Positions 59,315 through 64,000 of a DNA stretch of 64,000 nt are shown piece by piece. The position numbers were made by a program, and so were the translations under genes. Source of the stretch: Bdellovibrionales bacterium (lineage in GTDB: Bacteria > Bdellovibrionota > Bdellovibrionia > Bdellovibrionales > UBA1609); assembly GCA_027317865.1 (NCBI GenBank), contig DAHVQG010000003.1, positions 64,001-128,000 of the forward strand, in the 5' to 3' direction. The first letter of the stretch is position 1; every line of letters begins with the position of its first letter. The notes under the pieces are model-generated. The model did no database searches, was not told the DNA's origin, and was given only the letters and a program-made list of their open reading frames with translations.

Positions 59315-59765
59315 GTCAATACAAGCCATGAAATTTGAAATTAGAAATATCGAATACGGATCCTCTGAATATAAGTCCGAAATTCTTTTGCGCGACAAAG
59401 TTCTTCGAAAACCGTTGGGTCTTCACTTTACCAACGAAGATTTAGAAAAAGAATGCGGAGACATACACATGGGGGCCTTTGCTGGGTCACAATTGTTTGG
59501 CTGCGTACTTCTGAGACCCATCTCGAAACAGACAGTAAAAATGCGCCAGGTTGCTGTTGACGGCACCGTACAAAGAACTGGAATCGGCAGCGAACTGGTG
59601 GCGGCCTGTGAGCGCAAAGCGCTTGAACTTGGATATTCAGAAATCGAACTGAGCGCCCGCGATGTTGCCGTACCGTTTTACTTGAAATGTGGATATGAAA
59701 TTTTTGGTGAGCCGTTTACGGAAGTAACCATTCCTCATCGAAAGATGCGTAAGAAGCTTTGCTAA
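59307..59765 (+). CDS. GNAT acetyltransferase
   Basis: LRKPLGL, KMRQVAV...QRTGIG, AVPFYLKCGY; alternative start 59328. Confidence 0.9.
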   Translation: MFESIQAMKFEIRNIEYGSSEYKSEILLRDKVLRKPLGLHFTNEDLEKECGDIHMGAFAGSQLFGCVLLRPISKQTVKMRQVAVDGTVQRTGIGSELVAACERKALELGYSEIELSARDVAVPFYLKCGYEIFGEPFTEVTIPHRKMRKKLC

Positions 59766-59792
59766 ATAGCGGGGCCAGCCAAGCTGACCCCG
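59764..59792 (-). terminator. Intrinsic terminator-like hairpin between convergent genes
   Basis: Minus strand CGGGGTCAGC-TTG-GCTGGCCCCG (one G-U pair) then CTATTT. Confidence 0.55.
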
Positions 59793-59814
59793 TCACCAGT
59801 TGTCATTTTATTAG

Positions 59815-60654
59815 CTAATTGACTTGCGTAGATAAGCAGGCTGATGCCGAACTCAGCGCGTTTTCGAGTCCGAAAAACGTGCTTTCACCAGGAGCAACGG
59901 GATTTATGAAATTGACGACCCCGCCATTGCACGCGGCCGGGTAATTCGAAGAGCTGACGTATCCAGATCGAGTTGAATCAAAGGTGCAGCCTTTTTGAAA
60001 ACTAAAGTATGCGTTTGGGCCGCCGTAACCGGTAGTATCCATCGGATTTGTGCTGAAATTTGTTGTTCCATTTGTGACATTGGTATGGCCTATATAGGTA
60101 TCGATTCCATCACCGTCGAAACCAAAAATGTCACTATTTGAATTTAGGCCCAGTGTTTTGATCGTCGTTGAATTGCTTATGTTGAGAACTCCGATGATCG
60201 TGTCATCAAAACCGTTACCAAAATTTGCGCCATCGTCAGACGAAGGCTGGTTTGGATTAAAGTACAGATAGACGCCACTATCAGAGACGATAATAACGGC
60301 AGTGCAGTCTGAGTTTGAACCGACGGCCGGGCAAATTGCCGCGAGCATCGTTGGCGTTACGCCCAACGGCAGCGTGGCACCGCTGACGATGTGTGTATTA
60401 CTTGTCGTGCAGGCAGCTGGAACAGAAGTTGAGACAGTCGAAGACCCTCCGCTACTGACGCCTGTATTACCATCCGTTGAACTTGTATTGCTTACGGTGC
60501 TTGTGCTGCTCGCTGAATTTGCGCCGGTTGAGCTGCTCTGCGCTAGCCCGCCGGTCTTAAATGAAACTGGTTGAGAACAATTTGTAATAAACCCTAATAA
60601 CACTGCGGCCGCCGCGAAAGAAATCGGGCGCACCAAAAGATTTTTTTGGTTCAT
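59815..60654 (-). CDS. Lipoprotein with Ser/Thr tether and Cys/Gly/Asp-rich extracellular domain
   Basis: Lipobox-like ITNC, DDTIIGVLN, IFGFDGDGID, TGYGGP, FFGLE. Confidence 0.75.
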   Translation of the reverse strand: MNQKNLLVRPISFAAAAVLLGFITNCSQPVSFKTGGLAQSSSTGANSASSTSTVSNTSSTDGNTGVSSGGSSTVSTSVPAACTTSNTHIVSGATLPLGVTPTMLAAICPAVGSNSDCTAVIIVSDSGVYLYFNPNQPSSDDGANFGNGFDDTIIGVLNISNSTTIKTLGLNSNSDIFGFDGDGIDTYIGHTNVTNGTTNFSTNPMDTTGYGGPNAYFSFQKGCTFDSTRSGYVSSSNYPAACNGGVVNFINPVAPGESTFFGLENALSSASACLSTQVN

Positions 60655-60689
60655 AAAGAGTCCCCCCACAAGACTTATCTTGTTAGAAG

Positions 60690-60705
60690 AGCAACTCGCG
60701 TGCCG
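60690..60705 (-). promoter_or_regulatory. Sigma54-type promoter
   Basis: CGGCACGCGAGTTGCT, near-perfect consensus. Confidence 0.7.
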
Positions 60706-60917
60706 TTCTGAAAATGAGTTTTAGTCGGCGGAAATTTCATCTTTCTCAATCTGAAACGTAAAATCACGCGACACTGAGAGCTTACTTGACACATTGCGTA
60801 TAATTTTTAAAGCGTTTATTTCAACTTGCCGCCATAAATTTGTGCACGCAGGTGCTGTTCAAATAACAAATGCGATAATTGCAAATCGATTTTTGTGGGA
60901 ATGTCTAACCATTTTGC

Positions 60918-63206
60918 TCAATAACTCGACAGCCGCGCAGGGCGATAGCTGATTTTGAGCGTGGATTCCGGAAAGTGCATCGTGTTCGCGCTATTGTCTA
61001 ACAGTTGATAAGTAATAAGGTTTCGCAGCACGAGTTTCACATAATCGCGAGTTTCGTCGTAGGGGATGTCCTCGATAAAATCTAGCGTGTTGCCGTCGTA
61101 GCGTGTTTTTAACCACGAATTAATTGCCGAGCTTCGGGCGTTGTACGAAGCAATGGTTAATACCACATCACCATCATATCGATCCCATAATTTGCGCAGG
61201 TAGGCTGCGGCGGTTGGGATATTCACTTGGGGATCATAAAGTTGGTCGGCGGAATGATACGGAATCGCGTTCGCTTTTGCCGTTCGCGCCGCCACTTGAG
61301 GCAAAATTTGCATAAGCCCGAAGGCATCCATCGGACTGCGCGCACGCGGGTTAAACGTGCTCTCTTGGCGCATGATCGCGTAAATGAGCTCCGGTTCGAC
61401 GCCAAATCGAGTTGCCGAATCGTCCACTGTTTCACTGTACGGCATCGGATAAAGCATTTTGGGATGGTTTGCGATGATACGATCGCGCATTCGACTTCCA
61501 AGATCGGCGAGTTTCGAAAACATTAACGAATAATTTTTAGATAGCGAATACGCGCGCAGCAGGGCGACCCAACTGGCTGTGTCGTTGGGTGCCTCATGTT
61601 GAAGTCTAAAGGCGACGTGGTTTAAATATTTACCAGCGATATGCGTCTCATTTACTGAAATGAGCCAATCCAAATAAACCGGGTCCATATCCTTTTTTAA
61701 CCGGCTCGTGAGATATTTTTTTGTGGGAACCGGATCGTCGCTCTCGCCCACACTCACATCGGCCGGATTACGCAGTAAACCCGCGCTAAGATGTTTGTTC
61801 AGTTCGCGTGCCGCAAGGAGCCCGTAGTACCCGAACTGATCGTCTTTAATTAGCGATGTAAAATCGGCTCGTGCTTCTTTGGTGTTGATGCTCCGGTCTT
61901 TCGAAGTTTGTTCCAGAGTTTTAGCTAACCAAAATTTATATTTCGCTTTTTCAAATGCATCTTTGCTGTTGTAAGCAAGCGTCTTTAAGATTGGAATAGC
62001 CTTGCCGTATTGACCAATTGTGCGTTCATCCCATGCCAAATTCCATAAAATTCGATTTTTGAAATCGCGGGTTGCAATCTGTTCTTTGAGTGCACGGTGG
62101 TACCAATCGATGGCCCATTTAAAATTGCGCCGTTCTTCATCGATTCGTCCATGAAGCCAATCGACTTCGGCGAGCGAGGCCCGGCCTTTAAGCGAACGCT
62201 GAAGTATCCACAGTAGATCAAGGGCGCGGTGGTCATGGTTTTGTGTCCATTCATCTTCCGTGACCTCGATTAAAGTGTTCATGTATAGAGCAATGTTAGC
62301 CGGGGTTTTTTCTGAATTTCTGTAGATACGTTCTATGTATCTGGCCATATCACGGCTGATCGCAAGAGAGTGATGCTGGTTGAGTTCAATTTTATACATG
62401 AGCCGCAAGCCCTGAAATGCGGCGATTTTATCGTCGACGGTGAAGTCCCGGCCACGCAATATGGCGAGATAATAGCGATGGGCCCAATAAAAGTCGCGGC
62501 GATAGCGAAAATCATCGGCGACTTCGAGAAATTGACTGGGGCTCGGGTGTGGATTGCGGCTGGGTGACAAGCTGTAAATGCGGGTTTGAATTTCATTTAT
62601 TAGTGCGCGTCGTTTTGCCCACGAACAATGCATCCAGCGGGCTGCTCGTAACGCGAGTTCGCTGTACCGGATTTTTTCTTCACGCGGCAGCCACTCACGC
62701 GACTTTTTCAGGTAAAGGTAAACGAGTTCGTTGTCGCTCCTTAGGAGTATTGCATTTCGTATCTCGGCATTGAGTTTGAGACCTTGTAGCCAGGACGGGA
62801 ATTTTATTGAGTTGAGCGAACTCAAGTGAGCTAAATCGGGGTCATTTTTGGGGCAGACGAGATATGCCCGTAATAATGCCAGATGATGAAGCGGAAAAGC
62901 CGGCACTTGCGCGAGCGACGCATAATTTTCGCACGCAATTTTCGGATCTTTTTTTGTCCAGAGTTCGGCGCGGCGATAGTCAGCCCACCATACCGTGCTC
63001 GGATCGGGATGTTCCGTTGCAAGCTTGTTCAAAAATAAATCGACGCTACCTAGGTCATTGTCGCTCGAAACTTCGCTATTGAGAACCAAGCCTTGTGTAG
63101 TCGGTGGCTCAGGTTCGACGGCCACGCGTTTTGTCTTTAAAGTCGCGCAACCCGAGGCAAAAAGAAGTCCGTACCCGAGCCATATTACAAAAAACCGATT
63201 CCCCAT
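60918..63206 (-). CDS. slt: Slt-type lytic transglycosylase lipoprotein with helical repeats
   Basis: Lipobox ASGC, AIMRQES, GLMQI, ASYNA, FIEDIPYDETRDYVK. Confidence 0.92.
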   Translation of the reverse strand: MGNRFFVIWLGYGLLFASGCATLKTKRVAVEPEPPTTQGLVLNSEVSSDNDLGSVDLFLNKLATEHPDPSTVWWADYRRAELWTKKDPKIACENYASLAQVPAFPLHHLALLRAYLVCPKNDPDLAHLSSLNSIKFPSWLQGLKLNAEIRNAILLRSDNELVYLYLKKSREWLPREEKIRYSELALRAARWMHCSWAKRRALINEIQTRIYSLSPSRNPHPSPSQFLEVADDFRYRRDFYWAHRYYLAILRGRDFTVDDKIAAFQGLRLMYKIELNQHHSLAISRDMARYIERIYRNSEKTPANIALYMNTLIEVTEDEWTQNHDHRALDLLWILQRSLKGRASLAEVDWLHGRIDEERRNFKWAIDWYHRALKEQIATRDFKNRILWNLAWDERTIGQYGKAIPILKTLAYNSKDAFEKAKYKFWLAKTLEQTSKDRSINTKEARADFTSLIKDDQFGYYGLLAARELNKHLSAGLLRNPADVSVGESDDPVPTKKYLTSRLKKDMDPVYLDWLISVNETHIAGKYLNHVAFRLQHEAPNDTASWVALLRAYSLSKNYSLMFSKLADLGSRMRDRIIANHPKMLYPMPYSETVDDSATRFGVEPELIYAIMRQESTFNPRARSPMDAFGLMQILPQVAARTAKANAIPYHSADQLYDPQVNIPTAAAYLRKLWDRYDGDVVLTIASYNARSSAINSWLKTRYDGNTLDFIEDIPYDETRDYVKLVLRNLITYQLLDNSANTMHFPESTLKISYRPARLSSY

Positions 63207-63276
63207 CCTATAATTGTAAAACAGTGGGGGGCGAGCCAGACAGTCCTAACGCTAGAGGGCTTCTTAAAAACTTACT

Positions 63277-64000
63277 TTAAGTTCGCCGTAATGAAACGGT
63301 TGTGGCGACTCCGCCGACGACCAAAGCCGCTCCTAAATAGCCGCGCCAGTGGATGGGCTCAGGTGAAATAAAGTGTAGTCCGAATTCGGCGATAAGACCT
63401 ACAAGCAAAATCGTGATTAATGGGTTCATCGTAATTACGAGACTGACGTAGCTAGCCGGGATGCGGTGTATAGCTTCAGCGAACGATCCATAAGCGATTA
63501 TCGTGTTCAACCCCAAAATAAAAAGGATAACCCAATCCCAAGGGGTGAAAGCGTCCGGCCGGAATGGAGACAATTCCGAAAATCGGGCAAGCGGCAAAAG
63601 TGCGACCGCACAGACCGTGAAAATCAATAAGTTCACTTCTTGGGGGTTGAGCTTTGTCTCATTTTTCGTCTCGTGCCCGGTTGGGTCGGATCTTTGAGAC
63701 ATAACTTTCTTCTGAATCGTTGCAAATAGAGCCCACGCTACGCCACCTGCGGCAATCCAGGATGTTCCCAAAACGTACTTGTACAAACCGCCACTTGACG
63801 AATGGAGGGTCATCGCAGTTCGACCTTGATCCCAATCGAAAAAGAAAAAACCCAAAACCGCAAGGGCAACGCCTGCCCACTGAGCGGGCACCATTGACTC
63901 TTTGAAATAAAAAACACCGACTAACGCGAGAAGTAGGGGGCCAATTTGTACGACGATTTGCGCGTTACTGGCGGAGGTAAAAGCAAGCCCATTCATATAA
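63277..64000 (-). CDS. EamA/DMT transporter, 3' part (5' end beyond window)
   Basis: GLAFTSASNAQIVVQ, multiple TM helices, MNPLIT. Confidence 0.88.
   Translation of the reverse strand, partial: YMNGLAFTSASNAQIVVQIGPLLLALVGVFYFKESMVPAQWAGVALAVLGFFFFDWDQGRTAMTLHSSSGGLYKYVLGTSWIAAGGVAWALFATIQKKVMSQRSDPTGHETKNETKLNPQEVNLLIFTVCAVALLPLARFSELSPFRPDAFTPWDWVILFILGLNTIIAYGSFAEAIHRIPASYVSLVITMNPLITILLVGLIAEFGLHFISPEPIHWRGYLGAALVVGGVATTVSLRRT

Overview
Gene-dense 64 kb bacterial chromosomal segment, inferred to be Bdellovibrionota-like from its gene repertoire. It has about 56 CDS; I found no rRNA, tRNA, CRISPR array, integrase or transposase. Core content includes putA, a long-form phenylalanine hydroxylase, fused isobutyryl-CoA mutase icmF, rnhA, rimK, arfB, a cystathionine beta-synthase-like enzyme, plsC, a lytic transglycosylase, two rhomboids, four secreted zinc-protease-like proteins and several lipoproteins. 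Main highlights: (1) a translationally coupled heme operon (short hemA, hemC-hemD fusion, hemL, kinase, regulator, hemE, hemY/G, hemH) with Leptospira-like architecture and a perfect TGACA-N6-TGACA HemR box upstream. (2) A sigma54-type promoter driving four uncharacterised exported proteins, ending in a dynamin-like GTPase with a signal peptide. (3) A candidate sigma54-dependent structured small RNA at about 14838-14949. (4) Several sigma28-type promoters only 7-8 nt from start codons. (5) Two recurrent 17-bp palindrome families and a recurrent R-x-P-A-S peptide motif. All calls come from motif recognition by eye; no searches were run.
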